A stretch of DNA of 64,000 nt from Chrysomallon squamiferum (Eukaryota > Animalia > Mollusca), in NCBI GenBank assembly GCA_012295275.1, contig CM022666.1:7564001-7628000 (forward strand). Direction: 5' to 3'. Below are positions 63,725 through 64,000 of this stretch, in pieces. Position 1 is the first letter of the stretch. Each line of letters starts with the position of its first letter. A program made the position numbers and the translations under genes. The notes beneath the pieces are model-generated. The model saw only the letters and a program-made list of their open reading frames with translations. It did no database searches and was not told the DNA's origin.

Positions 63725-64000
63725 CTGAAAATAACAGTAACAATAACAATAAGTGAATAACAATAACAATAAGAAGAAGAAGAAGAACTCCAATAACTAC
63801 AACAACACTAACCACAATAATAATAATGTTACAACGAAATCAAAGATTACTATCAGCCAGATGGAAACAAGTTAGAGTTGGAAAGAATTTACTCAGGAAA
63901 TTTATTTCTCCAAGGTTTTATTTAAATTTAATCCAGTGATAGTAGGAATGAATAAACGAAGACACACAAACATATTTTCGTTTAGGTGTAAGTGTGAGCT

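Noticed and set aside
63725-63815. Hydrophobic 'signal anchor' MVSVVVVIGVLLLLL... at the start of the 596-aa kinase ORF
   Set aside because: It starts at GTG, is made of triplet low-complexity sequence, and lies upstream of a good acceptor at 63725, so it is most likely intron.

Overview
Eukaryotic, very AT-rich, microsatellite-dense animal DNA; the style resembles a mollusc, possibly a cephalopod (inference only). Almost all short ORFs in the supplied track are translations of simple repeats. By hand I can assemble four intron-containing genes. (1) The 5' end of DNA polymerase alpha catalytic subunit POLA1 (minus strand, 7 exons, running off the left edge), with E2F sites at its start. (2) A complete choline-phosphate cytidylyltransferase PCYT1/CCT (plus, 9 coding exons, about 351 aa), head-to-head with POLA1. 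(3) A complete ABCC5/MRP5-like ABC transporter (minus, 30 coding exons, about 1421 aa), convergent with PCYT1. (4) A single 1.7-kb exon encoding an internally duplicated kinase + pseudokinase (minus). The most unusual structure is inside PCYT1: an intronic inverted copy of a downstream exon start should fold the pre-mRNA into a long duplex looping out two catalytic exons (222 nt, frame-neutral). The acceptor before these exons is duplicated and the donor after them is quadruplicated. Other candidates are the kinase-pseudokinase tandem, a perfect 26-bp intronic hairpin, a probable GC-AG intron and a Ser/Pro-rich linker exon in ABCC5, and alternative first exons. All gene models are manual and lack RNA support.
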